Of a stretch of 64,000 nt of DNA, positions 1-11,689 are shown in pieces. How positions within the stretch are numbered: the stretch's first letter is position 1; the number at the start of each line of letters is the position of its first letter. The position numbers and the translations under genes are program-made. This DNA is from Geosiphon pyriformis uo1. Taxonomy: Eukaryota; Fungi; Glomeromycota. The stretch spans positions 186,001 to 250,000 of the forward strand of contig JAAOMT010000031.1 in the NCBI GenBank assembly GCA_016748015.1. The letters are read 5' to 3'. The notes beneath the pieces were generated by a model. That model searched no databases. It saw nothing but the letters and a program-made list of their open reading frames with translations, and was not told where the DNA came from.

Positions 1-779
1 AAAACATAAGATAACTAGTAATAATATAAAAAAATAAAGCAATAATAGAAATAGCAAAGCAATAGCTAACAAGAATAAAACAATTAAAAAAACAATTTTG
101 TAAAACCAAAAAAAATGTATAAAAATAAGTAGTTGTAAAAGTTAGAAAGACAGCCAAAAAAAAAGAATCAATTTTTTTTTATAATTATTACATCTTATGA
201 AAAATAAAAAATCTATTTAAAATCTGAAATTATTGATATATAATTATCAACCATCCTGTGTTTTTTTTATACTAATTATTGTTTTGTACTTTTGTTCTGG
301 GCCAGATGCTTTTAGCATAAATATCTCAAACCCTTTTACGAGTTGGCATTCTGATTGCAATTAAGTAACAATCTGAATCAATTACTCTTGATTATAACAA
401 TTGATAATATTAATTTATTTATTTTTATTTTATTTTTTCTTGTAAAGCAGCAACATAAAAAAATTAACTGTTTGGAAATAGACTTTGTGATAGCCTAGTA
501 AAAGAGAAAAGCTTTTTTTAAGTTTGGATATTAATATTATCCTGGTAGCTTACCAAAATGGCAAAAAGACACCACCAGATTTTAATGACTGTACTTGTTA
601 GCTTAGAGAAGATAGCTTATATTTACACAAAAAGTTGCAATATTGTAAAATATCTTTCTGTGCCTTATAACCAAAGAACTTTATGAGTAAATTTATATCA
701 ATCAAACAGACTTTTAGAGACTAATAACACTAACACATCAAATAAATTTATCAAAAAAAACCCATTAAAAGCTCTCTAT

Positions 780-1690
780 AAATCCAAATCTTGAGCACCA
801 AATATTATTGTTATATTCTACTTAGTTTATTATTTGGTTTTGTTAAATTTAAGTTAGTTTTAAAAAATAATATTAAGTTATTTTGTGTAAATTTTGCTTT
901 TAAAACTTTTTTAGTTGCTATTGTTAAAGTTTTTATTAATGGTTTTTTTGTTTATATTTAAGATTATAGAATTTTTTATAATAGTTTTTGGTTTTTTTCT
1001 CTACTTTTATTATATTTTATAATATTTTTTTTAATATATTTTCTAATAATATTAAAAGTGCTTTTAATGTTTTTGGTATTATTATTTTAATTAAGTTAAA
1101 ATCTGTTGGTTTGTAATAATATATTATTGTTTATTTTAATAACTTTTTTTTTGTTTTTACTGTTTTTAATAATTAGTCTGTATTAATTAAAAAAGATAGT
1201 ATTAAGATTTTTTTTTGCTTAATCAAAGAGAAATTATTACTTTAAAAATACTTTTAAGACCAAATTGATCAATTTTTTTTTGGTTGTATTGTTTTTGAAA
1301 TTAATAATTTAATTTTTTAAGTTAATAATTATATTTGTTTTATTTTTGATTTTTTAATTCTTATTTTAAATCTGGCTGTTGTAAAAACTGGTATTTTATA
1401 TAAAAATTGTATTTGATAAGAAATTATTAAATATTATTATTACTATAAATATTAAAACTTAGATTATTTGTCTGTTAACTGTAAATATTATTACTTTTTT
1501 TTCAAGTTTTTTTATTAAACTTATTAATAGTTTTAAGTTATTTGTTTTATTTTTTATTAATAAAAAATTTTATGTTAAAACTTTTGTTTTTTACTGTCTT
1601 TGTAATTATATCTATTATTAATTTTGTAATTAGTATTATCAGAGATTTTTGGTTTCTTTTTTTAAATATTGTTAATATTATTTTGCATAA
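780..1690 (+). mobile_element. Heavily AT-eroded relic of an ORF1-like retroelement gene, related to the ORF1-only family; interrupted by LINE copy A
   Basis: Reads as eroded KSV.KNNIKLFCVNFAS (~845-900), homologous to KSVSKDNMKLFCVEFAS in the ORF1-only element. An eroded CX2CX4HX4C knuckle is at ~1441-1484. Similar to the reverse complement of 14726-15030. Boundaries approximate. Confidence 0.5.
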
Positions 1691-1817
1691 TCTTTCTCTC
1701 ATCAATTCCCTGGCCACACCGAGAGCAAAGTTATTCTGCCAAAGAAGTACATTTCTTTTATTCTTTTTCTCTTTTGTTTTCGTCGCTATTTCTTTGGACA
1801 CACTTATATTTGTGACT

Positions 1818-3773
1818 ATGGATTCAGCTGGCTCTTTTGTTGGTGTTTCGGGCTCAATTTCAACTGGGTTGGGGTCCCGGTCAGGCTCTAAGAAGAAGGC
1901 TCGCGTTGAGAGTGTTTACTCTCATGGTGCCTCTTTCAAGAAAGTGAGGAAACCTGTCATGTCTGGTACCATGATAGATTCTTCAGTTGGACTTTTGTAT
2001 GCGGACTCATTGCTGGCTGATGGTGGTGAATGTAAGGCATCTTGGGATAGCGAAGTGGAAAACGAGAGTAACAACGTCAGCAAGGTATCCGACTTGGAGA
2101 ATATGAAAAACTTGGTTGCCAAAGAAACTAGTTACATCAATTCCAACATCTTTGGAAATGACGACTTAATGGATGACACTATTTCAAAAAAGACGAGGAC
2201 GAGAACGTATGTCTTAGACAAGCCGCTGAAACAACTTTCTTTCAATCTGGAAAATGACAACAATAGTGTTTTGGAGCTCCCTCCTCGCATGTTTGTTGGG
2301 TCCAATCAGTTGCTGCTGTCCAAGTCACATGGTTTAGAATGTCGTCGTTTCAAGCCAGTAAAATCTTTTACTTTGGATGTGGAGTTGTTGGCTGTGCCTG
2401 GAAAGTCAAATAGTGATAAGTTATTTAAGATCAAAAAGATTTTTTATAAAATTAATGGTTTTGGGAGTGCTTCAACTTCCTCAAAATTTCCTGGAGTCAT
2501 TAGGTCAACTTTCACAAGTGAGTCTAGTTTGGTTAAGGCCAGAGAGTTGGCAATCTGTGAAAAAATCATTGTGAATAATAATCTTAAGAAAGTAAACATT
2601 CATTTGAATCGGGAAGTAATAATCAAGAAGATTCCTGTCAATTTTCCCAAATCTGCAGTTGAGGCGGTGTTTTCTAAATTTGGAAAAATTGCGTCAATCA
2701 AGATGCAGCTTATTGGTCTTTGGCAAAAGGCCTTGGTAGAATTTGAATTATTGGAGGTAGCCAATTTGGTCGCAGTTAGATGGTCTGTTCTTGTGGGAAA
2801 AGATTCTGTTTGTGTGGCAAAGGCTGTTAATGATAAACAAATATGGGTATCTAGGGATCAGCATTGGGCATTGCTTTACACTCTTCCAGTTGGCACCACC
2901 ACCCATGATTTGTCTGGATTGGTGGAGGCTTATGATGAGAAAACTTGTTTTATTGGCCGTAATCCAACTTCATATGTTTGTGATCGGTGTGCTGTGATCA
3001 GTTTTGAAAGTGAGGCATCTAAGTTGGCTGCTATTGGTTCGGTTCTGGTCTTCAAGGGTGTGAGTTTGCATTGGGCCAATTTCTCTTTGGCCTGTTGTGC
3101 AGTGTGTAAACAATTTGGTCATGTTTCTGATGTTTGTTCTATGAGTGAGAATTCTGGTGCTTGCAGTAAGTGGGTGGTAACTTTTCAGGATCGGGTTCGT
3201 CTGGCTAATGTATATAGGAGGAAGCAGGCTCTTATCGCTCACCCAGTTTCCTTTGGTGGCAAGACATGGGTCCAAGTTGCTAGTGGCACTCTCTCTTGTG
3301 TGGTTCCTTCGAGTTCTTTTGCTATTGGTGCAAGTTTTGGTGCAGGATCTGCCTTGGTAGAATCCTCCCCTTCTGATATCTTTGGTTTATGCAATCGGGT
3401 GGCATCTTTGGAACGCTCTTTGGAGCTTTTGACAGACCAGGTTTCTGCCATTGTGAAAAAGCTGAGCTGTGTTGAAGTGGTATCTTTGGTGTCTTCTTCT
3501 CTCGTCTCCCATCCCATTGCGTCTGCTTCTCTGGCCTCATGCGTGGATTTGGATATAACACTGGATGTTCTGTTGGCAACATTTCTTTCTCTTTGCCCAA
3601 CTGTTAATGATGCCAATCCTGATTTTGGTTCCAGTAGTTCGAAGGTTTTGACTGCCAAGGTTGGTGGTTTGGAGTCAAAGTTGATGGCTTTGGATGCATC
3701 AGTTGGCTCAGTTTTGGCAAGATTGGATATGTTGTGTTCTGGTTTGGGTTCTTTGGCTCTCTCGTCTTCTTAA
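1818..3773 (+). CDS. LINE ORF1 nucleic-acid-binding protein (RRM-like regions, CCHC zinc knuckle, coiled coil); frame still open
   Basis: ATG at 1818 (MDSAGS) aligns with the starts of copies D (MKPVG) and E (MEPVN). Motifs VIIKKIPVNFPKSAVEAVFSKFGKI...ALVEF, CAVCKQFGHVSDVC and VASLERSLELLTDQVS. Confidence 0.85.
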   Translation: MDSAGSFVGVSGSISTGLGSRSGSKKKARVESVYSHGASFKKVRKPVMSGTMIDSSVGLLYADSLLADGGECKASWDSEVENESNNVSKVSDLENMKNLVAKETSYINSNIFGNDDLMDDTISKKTRTRTYVLDKPLKQLSFNLENDNNSVLELPPRMFVGSNQLLLSKSHGLECRRFKPVKSFTLDVELLAVPGKSNSDKLFKIKKIFYKINGFGSASTSSKFPGVIRSTFTSESSLVKARELAICEKIIVNNNLKKVNIHLNREVIIKKIPVNFPKSAVEAVFSKFGKIASIKMQLIGLWQKALVEFELLEVANLVAVRWSVLVGKDSVCVAKAVNDKQIWVSRDQHWALLYTLPVGTTTHDLSGLVEAYDEKTCFIGRNPTSYVCDRCAVISFESEASKLAAIGSVLVFKGVSLHWANFSLACCAVCKQFGHVSDVCSMSENSGACSKWVVTFQDRVRLANVYRRKQALIAHPVSFGGKTWVQVASGTLSCVVPSSSFAIGASFGAGSALVESSPSDIFGLCNRVASLERSLELLTDQVSAIVKKLSCVEVVSLVSSSLVSHPIASASLASCVDLDITLDVLLATFLSLCPTVNDANPDFGSSSSKVLTAKVGGLESKLMALDASVGSVLARLDMLCSGLGSLALSSS

Positions 3774-6700
3774 TGACCAGTTTGATTTGGAAGGTTGCTA
3801 TGTGTAATGTTCGGGGCATGAACGTTCCTGTGAAACAAGAAGATATAGTTTGTTGGCACAAGGACATGGGCAATTTGGTTTCTATTTTTACTGAAATGAA
3901 GTTGAAGAATAAGGTTTGTCTTTGGATCGTCAACAAGTTTGATGGTGTTTGGGTGTTTGCCTCTGGTTTGGATTCTGGATATCTGAGTGCTGGTGTGGTG
4001 GTTGTCATGAACTCTTCTTTGGCAAGGCATGTATGCAAGGTTTCTGAAGTGCTTGGCCAGCTCCTATCTGTTAGATTACTTTTTAAGAATAAGCTCTCAG
4101 TGTCAATTCTGGGGCTCTACGCTGGTGCTTCTTCGGTGGTGTGGTTTTCTCAGGCTGATGAAATTAACTCTCTTATTGCAAGGGCTGTTAATGAATCTTC
4201 TTTCGTCATTCTTGGAGGTGATTTTAATGAAGACAGTTTTCATAAAAGTGCAAGTTTCAAAAGATGCTTTGATTTGGGTCTGGTCAATTCTTTAGTTGGT
4301 AGTCCAGCTGCAAAAATACCCACTTGGAAGAATTCTAGGAGTGTTAAGAAAATAATTGATTACGTGTTTATCTCCTCAAGTCTTGTTAATACAATAGTGT
4401 GTTGTGAAGTTTTGAATGTCAGTGAGCATTTTAACATAGACTATCAAGCTGTTTTAGTGGATTTGGGTTTGGGTGGGCTCTTGGATACGCATTTGAATTC
4501 TCTTCGCAAGCAAGCGAATAGAGATTGTTAAAAGTTTGACATCAAAAGTGCTAATGATGCTAAGTGGTTAGAGTTCAAGAATGCTTCAGCTGCTAATGTC
4601 TCTATGTTCTCAGATGCTTTTGATGTGGCAGTGAGGTTTTCAGATATGGACACTATATGAGACATTGTTCGCAAGATCATGGTTCTTTCAGCGGGTGATA
4701 CATTTAAGAAAAAATGGTTCAAAGGTTTTGATGGTGTGTTTACCAAAACTTCTTCTAGGTTTTATAAGCTGGAGCTGCTGGTTTCTAAGTTGGTCAAGGC
4801 TTCGCATTTGGCTTCGAGTGATGGCTTTGCTTTTTTGTTGGAGGTGTGGCACAGACTCGACTCTCCTGGTGCATCAGTGGTTAAGTCTCTGTTTTTTTCA
4901 GATTCTAATTTTGATCTTATTTGTTCTATGCTAGCCAAAGCAAGGAAATTGTACTGCTTTTTGAAATTATTGGAATCTAAGCGCACTGAAGAATCCTCGA
5001 TCAAGCAGGCTATTGATAAGAGAATGGAGAGTTTTGAGCTGAACAAGGGTCACACTATTAGAAGTGTTTTGAAGCATCCTTTTCGCAAGGTGGTCCTAGA
5101 TCATCTGATTGTAGAAGATGAGTTGATTTTGGAGCCTAATTTGGTTAAGTCTAAGGTGGATGAAATTATGAAGAGATGGACCAGAAAATGTGAGGTGGTG
5201 TTTGACTTCTCTGAGGATTGGGCTTGTCAATTTCGGCCCTTGGATTACATGTTCGATGGTGCTTTTTCTGATGTCATGTGCTCGATTAGTTTTAATGAGT
5301 TGTCAGCTGTTGTTAAAGATCTTCTTGATGGAAAAGTGGCTGGTCTTTCTGGTATCTCCAACAAATTGTGGAAACATTGTGACAAATCTGTTTTGGATAT
5401 GCTTTTGGTGCTCTTGAATATCTGTCTGGTTGACAAGTTGGTTCCTGAACCTTGGAGGGAAGCTTGGGTTTTGATGATTTCTAAACCATATGAATGGGAG
5501 GGAGTTCTCATGAACACCCATCCTATAGCTTTAATTAAAACGGCTCACAAGATTCTCTCCAAGATCCTTTCGGATAAGATCTCTTTGGCTTGCAGCACTT
5601 TTGATGTTCTTCATGAGAACAATTTTTTGGTTTTGAAAGGTACGATGACACAATCTCCCATTTTTGCTGTCAGTTCTGTGGTTGAGGATGCTTTGGAGAA
5701 GAACCATGAACTTTGGCTGGTTTTACAGAACATGCACAAGGCTTATGACTCAGTTGGTTGGGAACATCTTAGGAGGAGTCTGGTTAGAATCAAAATGTGT
5801 AACAGGTTTATTAGATTTTTTGGCAGTATTCACAATGGTCGCATCAACAGAGTGATGACTGACTTTGGTTTGACTAATGAGTATTGTGTCCATGATGGGC
5901 TGGATCAGGGAGAAGTTTTCTTGCCTCTTCTCTGGTGTATTTTTTATGATTCACTTTTGTGCAAGGTCAAGAGACAGGAGAGTGTGTGGGGCTACAGGTT
6001 GAATTCTCATTTTGTTTTTAAAACAGGCCGAGTAGATTCTCGAGCTGGATTGATTTTGTTTCTCACTGCTGGTGTCTTTGTCGATGATACTATTTGGATT
6101 GGTAGCAGCCAGGCTGCTACACAACACATTCTTGATGTTGCTAGTGAATTTTTCAGGTTCAATGACATTTCTGTGAATAATGACAAGACGGTGGCCATCC
6201 CTATTAACTGTTGGGTGATGGACCCTCCTTTAACTATCAGTGGCGCACCTATTTTTATTGCCAGAAAAAGGGAATCTCATCACTATTTGGGTATTTTTTT
6301 GTCTTCTGAGGGTCTTTTGAAGTCTAACTTGGCTAAAGCTTAGGCTGATGTATGGTTTTTTGTGAATCTTGTTTTGAGGAAGGCGATTTCAGACAAACAG
6401 TGTGCATATTTGGTGTCTGCAGTTTTTTTCCCTATCATCAGCTATAAGACTCAGTTCAGTTTTGTTTCTTTTGGTGTTTGTAGTAAGTAGAATGCTTTAG
6501 TATGTAAGATCTTTAAGTTCAAGTCTGGGTTGCCACATGATTTTCCCAGTGATGCACTTCATCATCCTTCTTTGTACAATCTGAAAACTTTCGAACAGAT
6601 CCAGGCTGAGAGTATGTCAGCCTCCGTTATTGCTTTTGTGAATTCCACTGGTGTCTTGGGTTGCTTGTTTTCTCATAGGTCTCTTGACCTCCAGGTTCTC

Positions 6701-8461
6701 AGCTGGCATTCTCGTCATCTCTTGCTGTTTCTGGCTTGTGTTGGTGTTAATCCCTTGAATAATTTTTTGGCTGGTGTGGTTTGTATTTTTTCTGGGTGTG
6801 ATTTGTTTTTAGGGGGTCCTCTGGCTTGTGCTTTTCGTCGTCAGTATGGTACTTCTATGTCTTTGGTTCTTGGTAAATCCTGTTTTTTCAAGTGTATCTT
6901 TTCACTCAAGCATTATGGAATTGCTTTCGTGGAACAGCTTTGTGACCATAATGGTGATGTTTTCAGTTGGGGGACTTTTAAGCGTTGGAAAAGGCTAGAC
7001 CCTCATGGTCCAGTCCCTTTCTGGTTTGATCTTTCCATTCACTTTCTTGGTGGTGTTGTACCTCTCTCCTCAAATTCTTCTTTGGTGGATGGTCATGCTG
7101 TGTCTGATATTCGTTTTTCTCATGATTTTGGTGTGGTTTGTGACACTTTGCTGACCATTGATGCTGCCTGCCTTTCTGTGTATACAGATGGATCTTTTTC
7201 TGGTCTGGGCACTGTTGATGTGAGGATGGGTGCTGCCATTTTTTTTAAGGACATTAATTTGGATTTGGATGTTGGGGTGTCTGGTTTGGCTTCTTCTACT
7301 CTGGCAGAGCTGCAAGCCATAGCTTTGGCCCTTAAGTGTGTTTCTTTTTCTCATTCAATTGATTTGTTCTTGGATAGCCAAGCTGCTTTAGATGCATGTA
7401 GGTCGGAGTTGTCACTGGTTTGTCTGGATTTCAGAAACTGCTGTTGAATTGAACGTCATCACATTGCTACCATCATTTGTCAGAAAAATTTGGATGTGAA
7501 TTGGGTTAAGGTGAAAAGTCATTCAGGTGTCTTAGGCAATAAGCATGCTGATGTACTTGCCAAAGATGCTGCTCTCTCTGTTTGGCACCTACCTCATTTG
7601 GTTAGTGAATGTTTTCTATGTGCTGGTGATATGGCAGTTTCTGGTAATTCTAGACACTTTGTTTGTAATGTTTTCCAGTCAGTTCATTGAGCTCGTTGGG
7701 AGGTTGGAGTAGGTTCTTGTGTTGTGAATGATAGTTTGTGTGCTGATACCAATTGGTCAAAGTCTTCTATGGTGTGACATCCCAATTCTCATTTGGCATC
7801 CAGTTTTACCAGCATGTGCATGGCAGGCTGTCGTACTTACTTTATGAAGGCTCTCCATCATCGGCTTCCTGTTGCCGTGTGCAAGTATTTGTATGATAGG
7901 AGATACCCCAGTGTGGTCTGTCTGTTCTGTGGTGACATTGAGACCTCGGATCATGTTTTTTCATGTCCTCAGGATGCCGTTGGCCGTGCTCATTTGTTGG
8001 GCGCTCATGCTTCAGCTTGGGAGGCTCTTTCTGGTCTATCTCGTTCTTCTTCATGTGTCTTACAGGCTTTGGCTTCTTGTGTTTCTGAAGTTGGAATTAG
8101 TGTTGTTCTGTGTAAGGACTTTGTTTTCGATGAATGGTTTTGTGAGTCTGTCTCAGTTTTTAAAAATTCTAAGGAGGGTACTAAAAGGATTGTGAGCTTT
8201 GTGCATGAGTTCTGTCTTGCATTTTGGGATGATATTTGGTTGGTCTGCACCAGACACCAAGTGTTTATGGAAAAGCATGGTTTGATTCCACATGACGGCT
8301 CCACTCCTGCTTCAATTTCTGGTTTGTCTATGGTATTTTTGGCTGGTATGGTTAGATTGCTAGAAGTGGCTGAGGCTTTTGGAGTTGGTTTCAGGTTTCG
8401 TAGGTTTTGTCCATTTTTTTCAGATATTGAAGATTTGGTTTCTGTACATATAGGTGTATAG
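3773..8461 (+). pseudogene. LINE ORF2: AP endonuclease, reverse transcriptase, RNase H, C-terminal Cys/His motif; disabled by nonsense codons only
   Basis: All fragments (3734, 4679, 6530, 7490, 7793) share one frame of 1563 codons. Motifs NVRG, GGDFN, IDYVF (APE); KAYDSVGW, GLDQG, FVDD (RT); VYTDGS, AELQAI, DSQAAL, HSGVLGNKHAD (RNase H); CLFCGDIETSDHVFSC. Confidence 0.93.
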
Positions 8462-8578
8462 TGTAGTCCTGACTGGCCCGAGTGGCTGGTCACATGTAGA
8501 AAGTGCATGATTCGCACCTAGTTTAGATCATTTGTATGATGTATAGCACTAGGTTGCGTTTGGATCTTACTCGTTAAA
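8462..8578 (+). other. Conserved structured 3' UTR RNA element (predicted multi-stem plus pseudoknot); type copy
   Basis: TGACTGGCC-CGAGT-GGCTGGTCA hairpin at 8470-8492. Its loop CGAGT is complementary to ACTCG at 8569-8573. Long stem CGCA/CCTAGT...ACTAGG/TGCG with inner ATCAT/ATGAT. Homologues at 18135, 18748(-), 38048, 39202(-), 46416, 54023 and 62037. Confidence 0.75.
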
Positions 8579-10232
8579 TAAAAAAATAAAAAAAAAAGTA
8601 TTCTAAAAATATGTTTTAAAATCATACAAAAGTATTAAATTTAGAATTTAAATTCTGATATTAAGAATTGGCTGTGTTTTTTAAGAAAAATAGTAAGATT
8701 TAAAAACTGTAAATTTTATTTTAATTATTTATTAGAATTGCTTTTTGTGTTTTTTTAATTTAAGTATAAACATATTTTTTTTTTAATAAAATTAATTCAT
8801 TTTATAATATAAAAAGCAGCTATTTTTTAAGAATTTACAGATATTTAAAAAAAAAAAACTATAGATTTTGGTTTTAATTCATTTGGAAATTTTTTTTTTC
8901 TGGTATATTGTTCTTAAGTTCAAATTTAAGCTTAAATTCTAGTTCAAGTTTAGGTTTTCAAGTGGTCTGAAAGTTTGGTTATGGAAATAATAAGTTTAAA
9001 ATTCACAAAAAGTATTTTTTTAGAATAAGTTTTTTAAAAAGTTTTTTTCTGAATAAAGTGTAAACATAGTTAGAATTTTGGAAGATTGTTTTTATAATAG
9101 ATAAAAATACAGTTTTTAATAATATGTTAATTTGATTATCCAGTAATATAACTTAAAATTTTTTATATAATAAAATTAATATCTACTGTTAACTTATGTT
9201 TTTTTGATAGAATATTTGTACTAAAGTTTTTAGTTTTTGTTGGTTATCTTAGTTATTATCTTTTTTTTGTTTTTATTAAAAGTAAATAAAAAAATTTGTC
9301 AAATGTATTTTTAATTTTTTAGTATATTTGTATTAGAGTTATTAAGAATAATTATGTATTGAGTAGTATAATATATATAGTTAATTCTTAATATAGACTT
9401 TATTTTTGTTCTTGGAATTTTGGGTTTTGTCTAAGTAAATATTAAATTTAATAATACATGTAATAGTTAAAATTAATTTAGCTAGAAAACAATTATCAAA
9501 TAATTCTAATCTTTTTTGAAATTAATAATATAAGTTTTGGCTAAAAAAATTAGTAAATATTATTTGTTTTACTACTTTAATTTAATAACTTATACAATCA
9601 ATTATTGTTAGAATTTAAGCAACTTGAATAAATTAAAATTGGGTCTTAAATAAACATTAAATATTACAGATTATTTTTTTGTTATTATAATAAGAACAAA
9701 TTTTAATAATAGAATTAGGTTAATTTTTCTTAAGTATTCTAAATTAGATAATATTTTGATTATATTATAATTATGTATTAATAAATATATTAGTTTTAAT
9801 AAGTGTTGTTTAATTAATGCTGTATTTTTGTTTAAAAATTATTATTATTTAATTATTTAAGAATCTGAAAATTGGGTTAGTAAGTCTTTTTTAGCAAATA
9901 TTAAATAATTTTTTCTGATAAATGTTTTTTATTTAATTTAGTGTGTTATGTGATATTTTTATTAAAATTATTATTGGTAGTTCTTATTATACTTGTCTTT
10001 TAAAAAAAAATTTTGTTGTATCTTTATACTTTTAATTGTGTCTTTTCTTAAACTTCTGTAAAGATATTTTTTTATTTTGTGTTAATATTAAACATCTGTA
10101 TTTCTTTATTTGTAATAAAGTGATATTCTATTCTTAATAAATTTAGAAAAAAATTAAATAAAAAAAAAGTAAAATTTTAACAAAATTAGTATTTGAAAAT
10201 AGTCTTAATTAGAGATTATTTTTTTAAAATAT

Positions 10233-11128
10233 TGTCACAGATAATTATTTGGGATATTAAAATAAATAACAAATCTATAACTTGGTACTCAATAATTAAT
10301 TATGCTGTTGATATTTTTTAAAAATTTTGGTTGAGTTTTTTGTATAATAGACAAAGATTTACTTAGTAGTTGTTTTTCTAAATTTTTTTTTAATATAAAG
10401 GCTGATTTAATTTAATAGTTGTATTTTTCTAATAAATCATTTTTAAGTTTTCATATTTGTTTTATGAATTTTTTATCAAGCTATCTTTGATATCAATATC
10501 TTAGTACTTAATTTTTTAATCAATTAGTACACAATACAAAATAAAATAAAATAAAATAAAAAATAAATAAAATAAAATAAAATAAAAAATAAAAAATTAA
10601 TATCTCATTAATAGTTATGATCAAAAGTTATTGGTTTAGTATAGTTAAGTAGCAGATATTATTAACATAAGTTGTTAATAGAATTAAGAAATAATAATTT
10701 TAATTTAATAATAAGAATAACATAAATTAAATAATAAAGTAATAATTTTATTTAATATTTAAATAATTTCACTTTAAGATATAGAAAACTATCTTTTGAA
10801 AAAAGAAGTATTTTATGAATATTTATTGTTAACTAACTACAAATTTGTCTGAATTTTTTATTTATTTCTAATACTACTACTATATATATAATTCTTGTTA
10901 TATAAAATTTTACATATTCTTATTCTTTTCTATACTACTTTTTAAAACTGTGTTTATTTCTAAACAATATCTGAAAATATATTGTAATTTCTTAACAATA
11001 TATTTATTTTTTGCAAATATATATATTCTTAAAAATGTGCCCATATATTAAGTACTATTTTTTTATTGGTCTATTTTTATTATTTGTTTTTATTATTATT
11101 TTTTTGTATTCTTTTTTTATAAGTAACA
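10233..11128 (-). mobile_element. Solo LTR, family B
   Basis: TGTCACAG...AAGTAACA termini with a perfect 4-bp TSD ATAT (10229-10232 / 11129-11132). Homologous to 41445-42450. Strand inferred from the related LTR ending at 14725. Confidence 0.8.
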
Positions 11129-11689
11129 ATATAAAAAAGTTGTTCTGAATTTTTAAGTTAACTGTTAATTTCGGCCAAAGTATTATTGCAAATAGATTTT
11201 AGGTAATTTTATATATTTGATTTTGTTTTTTTTGAAATTATAATTTAATTTTTTTTTCTCTTCTTTTATTTTGGCTAATTGACTTTTTGTCTGTTTGTTT
11301 GTTTGTTTAATTAAAAAACTATAGTATATATACATATTTTATATTATACATAATTGTGTTTATTCTAATTGATTAATAAATAATTACTAAGTTATTAAGC
11401 TTTTTATTTAATTGTAAATATTTTTTGGCTTACTTGTTTATAATTATGTTAAATTGGGTGTATTTGTGCATATTTTATATGCTATTGTGTACATGTTACG
11501 TTTTTTTATTTTTATTTGTTGCTTTATACTATTTATATTATTATTTAATAATTAGTTAATATATTATAATATTATTATTTTTGATTTTTGTTAATTTCTA
11601 TTAGATAATATCATCTATTTACATAATTTTTCTATTACTATATGTACTCTTTTTTTAACAACACCAATAATATATATTAGCAGAAGTTT

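Larger units (their letters stand above)
1691..8597 (+). mobile_element. Full-length non-LTR retrotransposon (LINE copy A; APE-RT-RNase H type)
   Basis: 5' UTR (TTCTCTCATCAATTCCCTGGCCAC) matches the 5' end of copy D at ~47281. Has ORF1, ORF2, the conserved 3' tail and a poly(A) to 8597. No clear TSD found. Confidence 0.95.

Noticed and set aside
1542-1817. Hydrophobic or membrane N-terminal extension on ORF1 (also 47297-47404)
   Set aside because: It is translation of T-rich flank and 5' UTR from a TTG. The homologous ATG starts are at 1818, 47405 and 54397.
3771-3775. Authentic UAAUG coupling motif in copy A
   Set aside because: Comparison with copies D and E indicates a C>T change from CAATGA; the ancestral overlap is AUGA.
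4529-8461. Alternative genetic code or programmed readthrough explaining in-frame stops
   Set aside because: Stops fall at different positions in different copies, typically at Trp, Gln or Arg codons. The host gene has no internal stops and ends in TAA.
8462-8578. Hairpin or hammerhead ribozyme in the LINE 3' tail (AGTCCTG, AGAA and GTATATTA look-alikes)
   Set aside because: The motifs are not in the required helix context: AGAA is not opposite GUC, there is no AGAAACA loop-B strand and no CUGANGA core. They are also not conserved in all copies.
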